DNA from: a virus
IMG/VR virus record: IMGVR_UViG_3300024999_000040
Span: 64,001-128,000 of that record
Direction: 5' to 3' (one strand)
DNA: 64,000 nucleotides
The first letter of the stretch is position 1. Every line of letters begins with the position of its first letter. A model generated the notes under the pieces. It searched no databases, had not been told where the DNA came from, and was given only the letters and a program-made list of their open reading frames with translations. A program made the position numbers and the translations under genes. Below, piece after piece: positions 31,404 to 43,191 of this stretch.

Positions 31404-31987
31404 TTTCTTTCTATTACTATATCAAAGTCAAATTCAGATAAATATCTTCTTGATGATAGATAGTCACCAATATGGGTTATACTTTGTAATTTATTTTTTG
31501 GTTTTGGAAGCAATTGATTCTTCTTATACTTATCCTTATAATCATAAGCCCAAGAACCCATATGACTACTGATACAACCCTTTATTTGTTCAAGTATATC
31601 TGAATCAATTAAAATATTTAATTCAGCATCATTAGTCAGAAAATCAGCCATTATAGTAGGATGTAATAAGACTGTTCCAGTACCGTTCTCTCCACACTTC
31701 ATACCATCATGTAACAACAAAGAAGCAATTACTATATCCTTTTCTGTATCAGTATACTTCATCATTTCCAGACTAAGCAAATCTACTGCAATTCTTACAG
31801 CTACTTTAGTATGTCTTATCAAACCACCTTCACCTAGACTGAATTTCGGATGATAACGTCCTGATGAACTTGCAGGAATTTCAAAGAAGTAATCTGGAAG
31901 TTTATTAAGTGTTGATTCTGCAAAATTTCTTATCTTCTCGTCTTTTATGTATCCAAGTTCTGTTTCAAATATTTCTAGTCTATTCAA
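31400..31987 (-). CDS. HD-domain phosphohydrolase
   Basis: PASSSGRYH, GGLIRHT, LLHD, SHMG, H..DY. Confidence 0.85.
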   Translation of the reverse strand: MNRLEIFETELGYIKDEKIRNFAESTLNKLPDYFFEIPASSSGRYHPKFSLGEGGLIRHTKVAVRIAVDLLSLEMMKYTDTEKDIVIASLLLHDGMKCGENGTGTVLLHPTIMADFLTNDAELNILIDSDILEQIKGCISSHMGSWAYDYKDKYKKNQLLPKPKNKLQSITHIGDYLSSRRYLSEFDFDIVIERK

Positions 31988-32010
31988 GTTTAACCTCCTT
32001 TCATAAAACC

Positions 32011-32032
32011 CAATAAATTGTCTCTTCTATTG
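32011..32032. repeat. 8-6-8 boundary site
   Basis: caataaat-tgtctc-ttctattg; stop codon at 32027. Confidence 0.7.
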
Positions 32033-32320
32033 GCTAATTAATTTTCTTGGTTCTGCTAACTTATCCATATTAATATCAGGTACAAATGTCAAAGCTTCCG
32101 CAACAGCATATGAACCATCTGGATTCTTTTGCTGTGTAGTTACCTGAACTATGCAACCATTGGGTAAATTACATACCTTAGTTGATTTCATCCAACCCTG
32201 TTCCTGACTTGAAGCTTTACACAATAACGCAAATGTATCTCCATCTCCATATACCTTCAAATCAGATATATTTGCTTTTGCTCCCTTTACTTCTGATATG
32301 TCTAACATTTTTTCTTGCAT
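32027..32320 (-). CDS. conserved phage protein, tentatively Acb4-like nucleotide sponge
   Basis: KASS..QGWMKSTK...GCIVQVTTQQ...AEALTFVP pattern; family assignment from memory, unverified. Confidence 0.45.
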   Translation of the reverse strand: MQEKMLDISEVKGAKANISDLKVYGDGDTFALLCKASSQEQGWMKSTKVCNLPNGCIVQVTTQQKNPDGSYAVAEALTFVPDINMDKLAEPRKLISQ

Positions 32321-32337
32321 TGTTTTTCATTCTCCTT

Positions 32338-32754
32338 TCATAATAACCAATTAATTTCTTCCGACAATCTTACATCTGATTCTGGATTAATAATCTCATG
32401 AAGAATTATTGTTAAGATTCCATCTGCTATTTTATAAGTTACCTTATTGTAAATGGTATAATCTACTGGCAAGTTTATATTTATTTTGTTTTCAAAACCA
32501 GTAAGTTCATCAACATATTTACCTTCCACAGTAACAAAAAGTGTCTTGGTCTTATTAATGAAATTTTTCTTAACAATAATATGATTTCCGTTCAAACCAA
32601 TCAATTCATACTGAAGTATTTTCTTGTTATCTTTTTCAATTGTCTGAATTGGTCTATCTTTACTATTATCAATAGTGATATCATATGGATTAAAATTATA
32701 AGTTGCATAACTTATGCCATGAGTATGACTGCCATCATAAAGTGTATTATCCAC
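32338..32754 (-). CDS. Hsp20/alpha-crystallin-like protein
   Basis: beta-rich domain ending in DGILTIIL. Confidence 0.5.
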   Translation of the reverse strand: MDNTLYDGSHTHGISYATYNFNPYDITIDNSKDRPIQTIEKDNKKILQYELIGLNGNHIIVKKNFINKTKTLFVTVEGKYVDELTGFENKININLPVDYTIYNKVTYKIADGILTIILHEIINPESDVRLSEEINWLL

Positions 32755-33137
32755 TACTCTTCATCCTCCATATCCTTTTCGTCTTCGTATAAATCTTCAT
32801 CCTCGTCAGATTCAATTTCATTACCGCTATCAAGAACTTTTAAAGTACCTTCCTTAATACTCAATACAGACCATATTTCTTCATAATCCATTCCAGTAGG
32901 TACTATCTGCAATTTAGTCTTTTCCTTTTTGCCTTTGACCTTCAGTATCAAACCTTCTTTGATCTCAGAGTTCTCAGTAATAAAGGAAATCTTATCACCT
33001 TCCTGAACCTTTATTGTATTACCATCAAACTCAACCTCAAATACATTCCATGCTTCTTTTGGGTCTACCTTTAGTGTCTTTTCTTTTCCATCAATGTTCA
33101 TATCAATCAACTTGTATGAATTCGTAACATTAATCAT
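32754..33137 (-). CDS. hypothetical protein with acidic tail
   Basis: ORF, co-oriented. Confidence 0.6.
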   Translation of the reverse strand: MINVTNSYKLIDMNIDGKEKTLKVDPKEAWNVFEVEFDGNTIKVQEGDKISFITENSEIKEGLILKVKGKKEKTKLQIVPTGMDYEEIWSVLSIKEGTLKVLDSGNEIESDEDEDLYEDEKDMEDEE

Positions 33138-34008
33138 TATGTATTAATCTCTTTCTGTGGATTCACCACTACTTATTTATTTTTATATTTGATATTGATT
33201 TACTAAGTGATTCTGAAATATTATTTTTCTCGTTCAATATTAAAATCATAGCTTCTTCTTTTGAAAAACCTACTGAAATATACGCATCATACTGATTTCT
33301 TTTTGCTATTGCCACAGTCTCAAAATAATCCGTATTATTAGCAAAGTCTTTATAAACTACAAGCAATTCATTAGCAATTGAATATGCCAATGGTTTATAC
33401 TTGCTTATAAGTTCAGAAATCATTTCCTTTGCCAAATCAGGATCTTCCATTAACATTACTAAAATATCATTCATATTTTTTCTCCTTTCCTTTATTATAT
33501 TTACTCACTTAAACCTACGCCCTATATCCGCAATGATTAATAAGATAATCCATTGCCGAACATGCTGTCAGACCTTTCAAACCTACTTCTTTCTTTAATA
33601 TTATTCTCTTACCTGAAATTTCTCCACCGCTGGACGTAACTAAAGATACTGCCTGTGATTCTGTGAATTTCTTCATGTGATTTTTACCTTCCTTTTCTAC
33701 GTATTATTTTATTTTTGTTTACTGATTGACTGAAATAACCCTTACACTACCACCAAAATATTTATTACAGATATTGATATAATTTACTGGATAGTGAGCA
33801 AACAAGTAATCACCCACTGAACTCCATGTTTCACTTACCCTACCTTGTAAAATTTTTACTTTTGCTTCTTCCATGAAAAAACTAGCCTTTTGTGAATCTG
33901 AATACTTTTCCTTGTGCTCCGATTTATGTTCTGCCATTATGTATTTTCCTACCTTTCATATTATTATATTTACTTAATTTAAAAATTGAGCGTATTCGCC
34001 TTAATTAT

Positions 34009-34038
34009 ATTATAACATGAATCCTTTATATGTGTCAA
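34009..34038 (-). promoter_or_regulatory. sigmaA-type promoter, extended -10
   Basis: TTGACA-18-TATAAT with TG; upstream of the replication gene run. Confidence 0.7.
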
Positions 34039-34454
34039 GCATATTACTATATTTATTTAATTGAAATTCCATTTTTCTCTAGTATTATTTCAAGAAGAAG
34101 AATATAATCATTTTTTTCTGCTATAATATCATCTTTGCCTATATTGAGTTCTTTTTCTACTTCTAATTCTCTTTCCATTCTTATAAATTCGTAATTTAGA
34201 TTTGTAAGCAAATTACAAATATCATCTGAATCAATACGTTCTTTATGTCTTGTTGTATTAACTATTTCCACTGTTGTTACCCTCCATTAACTTTTTATAG
34301 AATCCTACCTTGCCTGTATCTTGATCAACACAACGTATATAGTTATCTATATCGTTTTTATTTTGCATGTATTCTTCTTTAATTATTTCTTGCCATTTTT
34401 CAGGATTACCGAATTGATCTCTACCAGTTAATATTTTCATATACACCTCCCTCA

Positions 34455-34910
34455 TCACTTTATTATTTTCTTAGACAAACATTTACTACCATATCTATTG
34501 CCTATTATATAGCCATATTTTTTAAGCCCATATTCATAAACATTTCTTCTTCGATTATCTGTCCAATGAATAATAATTACATCATCATTTCTACAAAATT
34601 CAGAATCTTCAAAATCAAGTAGTTGTCTTTTAGCCCATAATAAACCTTCTAATCCACACCTTCCTACTTCTTTATCTGACAAGATATCTCTTTGCCCATC
34701 AATTAATTGTTTTATATGTTTTTTCTTATTGGCTATGGCTACAAATACTGAATATTCATCATTACTTTTACACTCATATCTGAATAGATAAATAGCTATT
34801 GTTTGACCATTGGAAAGTTTTTCAGTTTTAAAATAGCCATGTGATTTATTATCACCATCAAATTTAATTCTTTCAAAATCTTTAATGTTTATCACCTCAC
34901 TTTTGGACAA
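34455..34910 (-). CDS. hypothetical protein
   Basis: G.CGLEGLLWAK...W.DNRRR.VY; start uncertain. Confidence 0.6.
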   Translation of the reverse strand: MSKSEVINIKDFERIKFDGDNKSHGYFKTEKLSNGQTIAIYLFRYECKSNDEYSVFVAIANKKKHIKQLIDGQRDILSDKEVGRCGLEGLLWAKRQLLDFEDSEFCRNDDVIIIHWTDNRRRNVYEYGLKKYGYIIGNRYGSKCLSKKIIK

Positions 34911-34983
34911 TGAAAATGAAATTTTATTGGGTATACTATATATTGTGTTTTAATCTTATTTTGTATATTATATATAGCATGGT
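34908..34983. repeat. 8-6-8 site fused to long inverted repeat (copy 2 of 3)
   Basis: caatgaaa-atgaaa-ttttattg followed by TACTATATAT...ATATATAGCA. Confidence 0.7.
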
Positions 34984-35442
34984 CTTATTGCTAATCATTT
35001 AATAATTTGAATAATTCACCATTACATTTTTCAATTTTACAATTTGTGAGTTCAATAACAATTTCCCACAAAGCACCATGATAATCTGAACTGTCATTAA
35101 AATATAAGGCATTTGAAGCTATTCTCAATATTTCTTTATCTCTGCCAGTTAAGTCATTAATAATTGTTTTCAATTTATTCATGACATACCCATACCTTTC
35201 ATTGCCAACTCATTAATCTTATTTTCAATTGCTTTTTTAATTTCATTACGACAAATCCAACAAGTATCTTCATAATCAAATTTTGCAGTACATTCAAACA
35301 CTCCTAAATATATATTTAAATCTAATGGAAATTTATTTTCGTTACATGGTTGATTTTCTCTAAATTCATTTCCACATATATCACATTTCCAAGCATCGAT
35401 TTTACTCATGACTTTCCTTTCCTGTTTTATTATATTTATTAA

Positions 35443-36015
35443 TTAACTTTTACCAGCAAATTCACCATAATATTGTTGTCTATACATTTCTGCATCTTTT
35501 CCTGCCTCATGTACATCTGTATAATATTTACCAACTCTAAATCTGTGATTCTTGATACAAAGCATTATTATGTATTTTCCAGAGTCTTTATCTTGTAACA
35601 CATTTCTATAATCTGACTTATTATTTCTATTTTTACTTTTTCGATTTTTACTATTTTGATTGTTATATATTACACGAAGATTATCTTTACAATTGTTTAA
35701 AGTGTTATTATCTTTGTGGTCAACATGGATGTCGATTCTACCATGACTAGTATTTAAAATAAAATTATGTAGTCTTTCGAGATGCATTTTTCGTTTTTCA
35801 TTTTCATCTCTTGTGTAATAAGTAGCACTTGCATAAATAGGGTCAACATCTGGCTTTCCATCAATATGCCACCTATAATCTAAGTCTATAAGCCTTTGTA
35901 AATCTTCTGTGTCAATAATTACAGTAAATTTACGTCCATTTCTTTGTACAATATAAATCTCAGTAATATTTCCAATTACTTTGTAATCATTAAATCCAAG
36001 TCTCTTTAAGTTTAT
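35443..36015 (-). CDS. HNH endonuclease with ATA start or mutated start codon
   Basis: frame is open 76 codons upstream of the listed ATG to an ATA placed 5 nt after AAGGAGAGGA; VDHKDNNTLNN...NLR. Confidence 0.7.
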   Translation of the reverse strand: MNLKRLGFNDYKVIGNITEIYIVQRNGRKFTVIIDTEDLQRLIDLDYRWHIDGKPDVDPIYASATYYTRDENEKRKMHLERLHNFILNTSHGRIDIHVDHKDNNTLNNCKDNLRVIYNNQNSKNRKSKNRNNKSDYRNVLQDKDSGKYIIMLCIKNHRFRVGKYYTDVHEAGKDAEMYRQQYYGEFAGKS

Positions 36016-36045
36016 ATGTATCCTCTCCTTATTATATAACTTTAA

Positions 36046-36456
36046 TTACTTCAACATTTCCTCAATTGAACCAATTTCTAATTCGACCTGCTTTTCGTTT
36101 GAAAGTAAATTTTGCAGCTTAATTTCTAAAGCCTGTAGTTTATTTTCTTCTTCTCTCTGTATTACCATTGCTAACTTATTATTAATATCAGTAACCCATT
36201 CTTCAAGTTTATAACCTGAAAGAATATACTCATCAAGCAATCCTAAATCAATAGCAGACAAACGATAAGCATTTAACTTAATTAATATTGAAATCAATTC
36301 ATCCTTTGATAATACCTGTAAATTCTTTCTTACTCCATCAACCTCAATTGAACAATTGGTAATAGGACTAAATTTCTTCGCTTTCTTTAACTTCTCTTTC
36401 TTTTCCTTAATCTGAGCCTTTAACTCCATAATCTTTTCATCATTTACATTTTTCAT
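36046..36456 (-). CDS. coiled-coil hypothetical protein
   Basis: overlaps upstream gene. Confidence 0.65.
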   Translation of the reverse strand: MKNVNDEKIMELKAQIKEKKEKLKKAKKFSPITNCSIEVDGVRKNLQVLSKDELISILIKLNAYRLSAIDLGLLDEYILSGYKLEEWVTDINNKLAMVIQREEENKLQALEIKLQNLLSNEKQVELEIGSIEEMLK

Positions 36457-37504
36457 CTTTAACTCTTCTCCATTCTTTTATTATTTCTCCGTTTGATTTA
36501 TAGGTGGCTAAATAACAAGGTTTATATTTTTCATAAACTCTTTCAATCGCCATTTCTCTATCTAATGTATCGCCTGACCTATTTCTATCACTATTACTTA
36601 CATCATACTTAGGGATAGTGTTTCTACTACCATACCAATATTCTCTATATTTAGATATAAAGAATTTATCTCCATTTTCATTGTAAAAATGTCCATTATA
36701 ATAACATTCTTCTGCATGTTTTTTAAACTTATCTAAAGTATAATCAATATATTTATCTTTCTTTTGATCTCTTTGTGAAATATACTTTTTTGCATTCAAT
36801 TTATCCATTAATTCTGCATAATTCTCTACGCAATTTTTGTCAACAGCATCAATAATTTGACCACTTAAAGACTTATATGAACTAAAGTAATCATCTTCAT
36901 AATCAGAAGTTTCATGAAAAAAATATTCATTTACTTCTTTATCTTCACCATTTGATTTTTGAAATTTACCCATATAAATTTTATTGGTATTATTTTTAAA
37001 TTTATATGTTCCACCAAGAATCATGTCCTTGCCTTGAAAACTTGTTTTTTGGTGAAGTTTTTCATTAAACTCAGAAAGCTCCTTATAATCTGGTGATTCT
37101 GTTGGAATTAAAATTAAATCTTTCCCGTCCCAACCATAGACGAAATCCCCTTCTAATCCTTTACCCTTAGTAGATGTAGCGTTTTCTAAAATAAACAGAA
37201 GATTAGGGATGGTAATTTCAAATTCAAAATCTCTAGGGTCATATACTCTACAATATGTCTGCCTATGATTCCATCCTGTATTATACCCACCAACCTTCTT
37301 ATTAAGAACAAAACCTGATGTTGGAACATTCTCAAGTATTTGATTAGGTATCTTTTCATCTCTCCAGCCCTGCCAGGACGTTTCTTTTCTTAAAATACCT
37401 TTCTGATCAAAATATATGATGTAAGCCAATTTCTTTGTATATGTATCATTTCTATTTTGAAAACCTACATTAATTTTTTCTGGTATAAAAATATTTGTTT
37501 TCAC
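36440..37504 (-). CDS. conserved phage hypothetical protein
   Basis: 354 aa; KLAY..Y...RKE.SW..WRD, N.P..GF, VYDPR.FEFEI...NL. Confidence 0.7.
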   Translation of the reverse strand: MKTNIFIPEKINVGFQNRNDTYTKKLAYIIYFDQKGILRKETSWQGWRDEKIPNQILENVPTSGFVLNKKVGGYNTGWNHRQTYCRVYDPRDFEFEITIPNLLFILENATSTKGKGLEGDFVYGWDGKDLILIPTESPDYKELSEFNEKLHQKTSFQGKDMILGGTYKFKNNTNKIYMGKFQKSNGEDKEVNEYFFHETSDYEDDYFSSYKSLSGQIIDAVDKNCVENYAELMDKLNAKKYISQRDQKKDKYIDYTLDKFKKHAEECYYNGHFYNENGDKFFISKYREYWYGSRNTIPKYDVSNSDRNRSGDTLDREMAIERVYEKYKPCYLATYKSNGEIIKEWRRVKDEKCK

Positions 37505-37807
37505 TACTTATACTCCTTTCATTAAACATATATATCCAACAACAATCTTTCAAAATACTCTTTAACTCCACCATTAGTTGTTACAGAACTTTTAATAACA
37601 TCCATCAATTCTTCACCAGTGAATTTTCTATCTTTATATTGATTTAGTGTCTTATAAAGAAAATACATTCCCTGTGCTACACCTAATGAATAATATTGAT
37701 GTTCCGTAGATTTTTCAAAAATTTCATGATGTATTTTTTCTGATTCATACTTTTCATAACCCATTCTTATTAAAGTTTTTCTATCCATAACTCTCCTTTC
37801 ATTAATC

Positions 37808-37829
37808 CAATAAAACTGTCACTTCATTG
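37808..37829. repeat. 8-6-8 boundary site
   Basis: caataaaa-ctgtca-cttcattg; stop codon at 37824. Confidence 0.75.
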
Positions 37830-38153
37830 TAAAAATAAATACTTAAGTTTACTTTCTATTATTTTTATTAAGTTATTATCTTTGGGAATAGTACAATTAT
37901 AAACTTCAGCACTACTATTTTCAAACCAGTTAATTCCTATAAATCTTCTACTGTCTATACACTTATATACTAATTTTTTATTATGAGTCCACATCTTAAT
38001 AGATCCATCTTCATTTTTATGAAAGCATATTTTCCAATTACAAAAGAAAGCAGCAACTTCATAATATGAAAAACTAATAAATTCTTGGTATGTAGTGAAA
38101 ACTTCTTTTGGAACATTAATTAAAATATCCATTATTGTTTTATTCCTTTCAGA

Positions 38154-38175
38154 CGATAAAATTGTAATATCATGG
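38154..38175. repeat. 8-6-8 boundary site
   Basis: cgataaaa-ttgtaa-tatcatgg; stop codon at 38170. Confidence 0.6.
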
Positions 38176-38569
38176 GGTTGATTTACTATTATTTTTCATA
38201 AAGAATTCTTTTGGTGTCATTTTTGTAGCAGTAAAATTAATTATGTTTGGATTTTTTAATAATCTTATTGCTTCTTCTAATGTAACATCTTTACCTTCCA
38301 TAGTAGTAATCAAGGTAGATGATTCAGCAATTTGAAATTTGATCTTTTTGAACATTTATGTATTCCTTTCTTATTTAACTTCTTCTATATATTCTCCGTC
38401 AACTTCTTCTTTACATGAAGGGCAATAAAAGTAACCATCATCTTTATAGCTCATTTTCACCAAGTCTTCTCTATCATCGTAGTTAAAACTAGTTTGGCAA
38501 TCCCATTCTTCAGCAGTATGTATTTCTTTGCATTCTGGACATTTAAAATTACTCATTATTATATTCCTT

Positions 38570-38962
38570 TCACTTAGATACAATTTTTACCTTATATCCT
38601 AACATATGTTCAATTTCTTCAATACTTAATTCTTGTGGTGTATCATCTATATCTTCTACATACTCTTGAACTAATTTAAACCACTTTGAATTTTCTCTTA
38701 CACTAGCATGAAAAATAATTGCATCTCCTGTCAATCCACAGTTACCTTTTCCTGAATAACAACCACCATTTTTAGTCCAACATAATTTTAAACATCCTTC
38801 AGCTAAACTACCATGTATATCATCTTCTTTATCCCAATAAAATATTGCTCCTGCATCTATTCCAGGAATATCTTGTAACAATTCATAAAAATTATAACTT
38901 CCGTCTAATGCTTTTACTCCCATATTGTTTTCCTTTCCCAATGCAATCATAGTTTTAATCAC
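38570..38962 (-). CDS. hypothetical protein
   Basis: C-terminal ELSIEEIE..LGYKVKIV phage motif. Confidence 0.6.
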   Translation of the reverse strand: MIKTMIALGKENNMGVKALDGSYNFYELLQDIPGIDAGAIFYWDKEDDIHGSLAEGCLKLCWTKNGGCYSGKGNCGLTGDAIIFHASVRENSKWFKLVQEYVEDIDDTPQELSIEEIEHMLGYKVKIVSK

Positions 38963-39549
38963 TCTTTGAAAGTTATCACATTATCATCTTTAGTATTAAT
39001 AATATAAAATGGTGGTGATACTCCCCTATTAAACTTACTTGATGATTGAAGTGCTTTATGTATTCTTTCTACTGGAGCTAATACAGTACCCTCTGTAGAA
39101 AATAATGAACCTAATGCAACCGATACTCCACAACCTATTGCTTGATAATCTAAATCAACCGATAAGACAGCATAATTTGATTCAATCAAATACAATTTAT
39201 TTTTATAAGCAAACATGAAATAACTTTCAATCTCATTTACACCTTTGTCTAATATATTTGTATGTCCATTTGAAAATAATTGAGTTATATTAGGAATAAA
39301 TTTTGTTACAAGATACTTATGATCTATATTGGGTTCATCTCTTTTATCAATTAAATTTTCTGCATATGTAAGTAAATTTAGATCTCTTACGCTGCCACTA
39401 AAACCCATAATTGCGTTGGATGTATCTATAGACTTAAATACTTTTCTTTGGAATAAAGTTTGCTCTAAATAACTTGTAGAAGCACAACTATCTCCACCCA
39501 TATATACACAATCATTTTCTTTATCTAATAAACCTATTACACAAGTCAT
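38959..39549 (-). CDS. HslV/proteasome-beta-like Ntn hydrolase
   Basis: MTC..G...MGGDS, KVF, GFSG, AIGCG..VALGSL, V.PPF. Confidence 0.7.
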   Translation of the reverse strand: MTCVIGLLDKENDCVYMGGDSCASTSYLEQTLFQRKVFKSIDTSNAIMGFSGSVRDLNLLTYAENLIDKRDEPNIDHKYLVTKFIPNITQLFSNGHTNILDKGVNEIESYFMFAYKNKLYLIESNYAVLSVDLDYQAIGCGVSVALGSLFSTEGTVLAPVERIHKALQSSSKFNRGVSPPFYIINTKDDNVITFKE

Positions 39550-40140
39550 ATTATATTACCTTTCTTATTTAATTTTCTCAATACTTTAAAAATTCTAATT
39601 GCCTTATTCTCATCCTTCTCTTCCATAGCCCAATCCATTAATTCTTCAATTAAATCAGGAATAAATTTTGTAAAAGTAAAAGTACACATATTGTCCATTC
39701 CAGTAGGCATAATCTCTCCTTTCAACCAATTAAAATCTTTGCTTTTATTATAAGTTACTCTTTATCTTTTTCAGTAATGGTATAAATATTACTGTCCTGA
39801 CTTATAATTCTATATTTTTCATTAAACTCATTCATTTTAACTGTATTGCTTATGATTACTTGATATTGTGTATATGAAGTTCTACTAAAATAACTATAAA
39901 AACCTCCAAACGAAAGAAGTCCAAACAATATAGTAAAAAAGAATAACATTGCTCTAATATTATTATTATTATTATTATAATCTCCTCTAAAATCTTCAAA
40001 AACTAACCATAAAAGAAATAAAGTTGCAAGTCCTATTAATATACCTAAAATTAAATTTTCAATTCCTGATGTCCACTTAACTGTCTCATTTAAAACTTGA
40101 ATACCTTTCATCATAATATTATATATCCTTTCTTAAAATC

Positions 40141-40162
40141 CTTTGAAAGACTTATTTTAATT
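40141..40162. repeat. 8-6-8 boundary site
   Basis: ctttgaaa-gactta-ttttaatt. Confidence 0.5.
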
Positions 40163-40424
40163 ACTCATCATTCAAATATAATTCCGCTTCAGTTTTAGTT
40201 GAATAAAGTTTTTGTGCTGGAAGACATCTAGGATAACTCAAATTGTAACTTTCATGATATTCATTTATAAAAATATCATTTACAATACTTCTATGTATCT
40301 TCTTTACTTGTTTATTTGGTAATCTACTATTACAGCAAGAACAAGTCTCGCCGTATTCTGTTTCTTCTTCAATAAACCAAACGGTATCACCGATATTAAA
40401 TTTTGTTTTATAACCTTCACTCAT
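40161..40424 (-). CDS. shorter paralog of the 12113/19094 family
   Basis: TKFNIGDTVWFI...CSCC...LYSTKTEAE. Confidence 0.55.
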   Translation of the reverse strand: MSEGYKTKFNIGDTVWFIEEETEYGETCSCCNSRLPNKQVKKIHRSIVNDIFINEYHESYNLSYPRCLPAQKLYSTKTEAELYLNDE

Positions 40425-40866
40425 TTTTATATTTCCTCCATTAACTTAATCAACTCTGGATGCCACTTATCAATAAATCTAGTAAATTTTGATTGTTTTA
40501 TATACTCACCATAGCTTTTAGATTTAGAAACAATATTAGACCCGTAGAATCCATATGCTATTCCTGTTCGTATGTAACTATCATTTTTATTAGAACTTAT
40601 CATAATCCAAATTAGTTTATCCATTTTGTAAGCTGGTTCAATTCCAATATAAAATGATATACCATCTTTTGATTCATTGATTTGAAAATCACATCCATCA
40701 AACTCTGAAAAATATAATGGTATTACATCTTCACAGATTTTCTTTAATAGTTCATTAATTTTCTCGTTTTCACTCCATTGATTATTAAGCAAACATTTAT
40801 CAGGATTACCCAAACCTATACTAGTAGCCATACCCAATCTATGTCTCATAGTTTAATCTCACCTCA

Positions 40867-40888
40867 CTTTAAAATAACTGTTTCATTG
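40867..40888. repeat. 8-6-8 boundary site
   Basis: ctttaaaa-taactg-tttcattg. Confidence 0.65.
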
Positions 40889-41547
40889 GATTTATTCTTC
40901 ATCTTCCAATAAGTCTAAATTATAATCAAATTTATAAGGTTCTCCTGCTACTACCTTAATCGTTAACTTTCTATTTTCTAGAGATAGAATAATTATTCCA
41001 TCGTTGAATACCGCAGAAATTTCATCACCTTCTTCAAGTTTTTGGTCTTCTCCGTATTCTTTTTCAAATTCATCCATTATCATTCCAATTGCTTTATTAA
41101 CAGTTTCCATCATTTAATTTCCTCCTTATATGCCTTTGGTTCAATTCCAAAACCATGCCCTATTCCAATACCTTTCTTACCAACAAAGAACAAAATGCCT
41201 TGTTTTGCATCCCATATCCCAAATTTCCTATTATCATCTACTTTAGAGCAATATATAAGTGCTATTCTCCAAATCCAAAGTATATGAAAATCTCCATGTG
41301 TTTTTGTGAATATTAATGGTCTTTTCATATTTTTACCTCAAGTTAATCTTAATAATATCTAACAAAACAAATCCCACAAATATACATCCTGTTCCTAAAA
41401 AGAATGGTATTACTTTATACAACAATGCTGAAACAAAATTCTTAGTGTTTTGAACAAAACTACCAATTATGTAATAAACTCCTGCTATTATCGAAATCCA
41501 CGCACATAAAATTGTCATATTTTATATCTCCTTTCTCTTATTTTACC

Positions 41548-41569
41548 CAATGAAATGAACGATTCATCG
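41548..41569. repeat. 8-6-8 boundary site
   Basis: caatgaaa-tgaacg-attcatcg. Confidence 0.75.
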
Positions 41570-42010
41570 TCTTTCCTATTTAACCCTTTTTATTTCTCTT
41601 TTAACTCTTTCAACTTTCGGCAATTCCATAAACAATTCATTCGCCATCTCACCATAAACACTTAATATATCAGCTTGTTCTTTTGTTGATCTTCCTTGTA
41701 AATCTGCAAGAATAAGTTTTCTGATTCTGTTTTCATGAATTGATTTCATTTATGTATCCCCTTTATTTAAGTGATATTTTGTCTGCTACAAAATCAACAA
41801 AAGCAAACAGATTGAATAATAAGACAGCTAGAATAGTAACTGGTAGAGAAATCAAAGCAAAAATCATCTGCTTCTTGGAAAGTCTTTTATTCAATATAAA
41901 CCAATCATATGTAATCCAATCGTATTTCCACATCCACATCATTGCTGAAATCATAATCCAAATAACCAAAATCAAAGTTATAATACTCATACTATATCTC
42001 CTTTCCTTCA

Positions 42011-42706
42011 TTACTCCTCAACAAAAATTACATCTTGATACCCCAACTTACCAACCAATTCTCTTAAATTGTCTTTCAAGTTAACCAACGCTTCATTAAA
42101 AACTTCTTTATTGTTGGTTAACTTTTCTGTCACTATCTCTTGAGCAATGTCTATTATACCTTTTATGTCTTCAGGTACAAACTGCTTTGAAAGCCAAGAC
42201 TTTTCTCCGTCAATCTTACTATTCTCAGTATCTAATTCTACATATTTAAGTTTAACTTCTGATTTAGGTATTGTAAGAATAACAGTTTCTTCAGAGAATC
42301 TTACAGATATTTTGTTCAAGTCCATGACTATGCCGAAATTATATGCAAGGCTTATATCTAGAGATTTATTTGCAAACCAATTTCCCTCTTTTATATAATC
42401 TGTGTATGTAACAATCCCTTCGCTGATAATTAATTGGTTTACTTTTTGTAGCTCATTTGTAATTATCTCTGGATTTTGTAACTGTTGTAATCGTATCTTT
42501 CTGAGTTTATCTTCTTGTGCTTTCAGTTTGTATGTGTTTACCGTATTTTCTAGGTCTTTGATTTGATTTTGTAGATCATTAGTATCTTGTGTAACCTGTT
42601 GCACTGGTGTAGGTTCTATTTGCTTGGATTGTTTATAATCTAAATAAGCGATTACAATAACTCCTATTGCAACTAGAACAAGTATGAATTTGAAAAACTT
42701 TACCAT
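42011..42706 (-). CDS. membrane-anchored DUF4230-like protein
   Basis: N-terminal TM helix, coiled coil, G..MDL.KI...V.LTIP, L..LGY..V.F. Confidence 0.65.
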   Translation of the reverse strand: MVKFFKFILVLVAIGVIVIAYLDYKQSKQIEPTPVQQVTQDTNDLQNQIKDLENTVNTYKLKAQEDKLRKIRLQQLQNPEIITNELQKVNQLIISEGIVTYTDYIKEGNWFANKSLDISLAYNFGIVMDLNKISVRFSEETVILTIPKSEVKLKYVELDTENSKIDGEKSWLSKQFVPEDIKGIIDIAQEIVTEKLTNNKEVFNEALVNLKDNLRELVGKLGYQDVIFVEE

Positions 42707-42726
42707 AACTCACTTCCTTGTATATT

Positions 42727-42755
42727 ATTATACCAACTTAGTTAACGTTTGTCAA
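42727..42755 (-). promoter_or_regulatory. sigmaA-type promoter with conserved spacer box
   Basis: TTGACA-17-TATAAT; spacer contains TTAACTAAGTTGG. Confidence 0.8.
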
Positions 42756-43191
42756 GACAGATATTTGAAATTATTTAATCTCTCAGTCAATTCTTCTGAC
42801 CAAATAGAAAGTAATTCATAATCCTTACTATTTATTTCTATATATTCATATAAAGCTCTACTCAAATCTTTTATTCTTTGATATTCAAATATATCTTTAG
42901 GCATAACACCTAAAGGTGGTTTTGTATATTTATAATCATTAGAAAGAAATTCAAGATTTTCAAAATCAAACAATAAACCACCATTACTTTTATCAATTGT
43001 TTGTATTATTTCATCATCAAAATCAATAACAAATCTACGTCCAATCTTATAATCATAATTTATTGTGCCTGTTTTATTAATATAATCCTCAAGATTCTTA
43101 TAATCATTTTCAAACCCATTCATATTTAGTATTCTTATTTTCTTACCTATGCATTCTAATTCGTTATTCATAATGATCTCCTCTCATTTTA

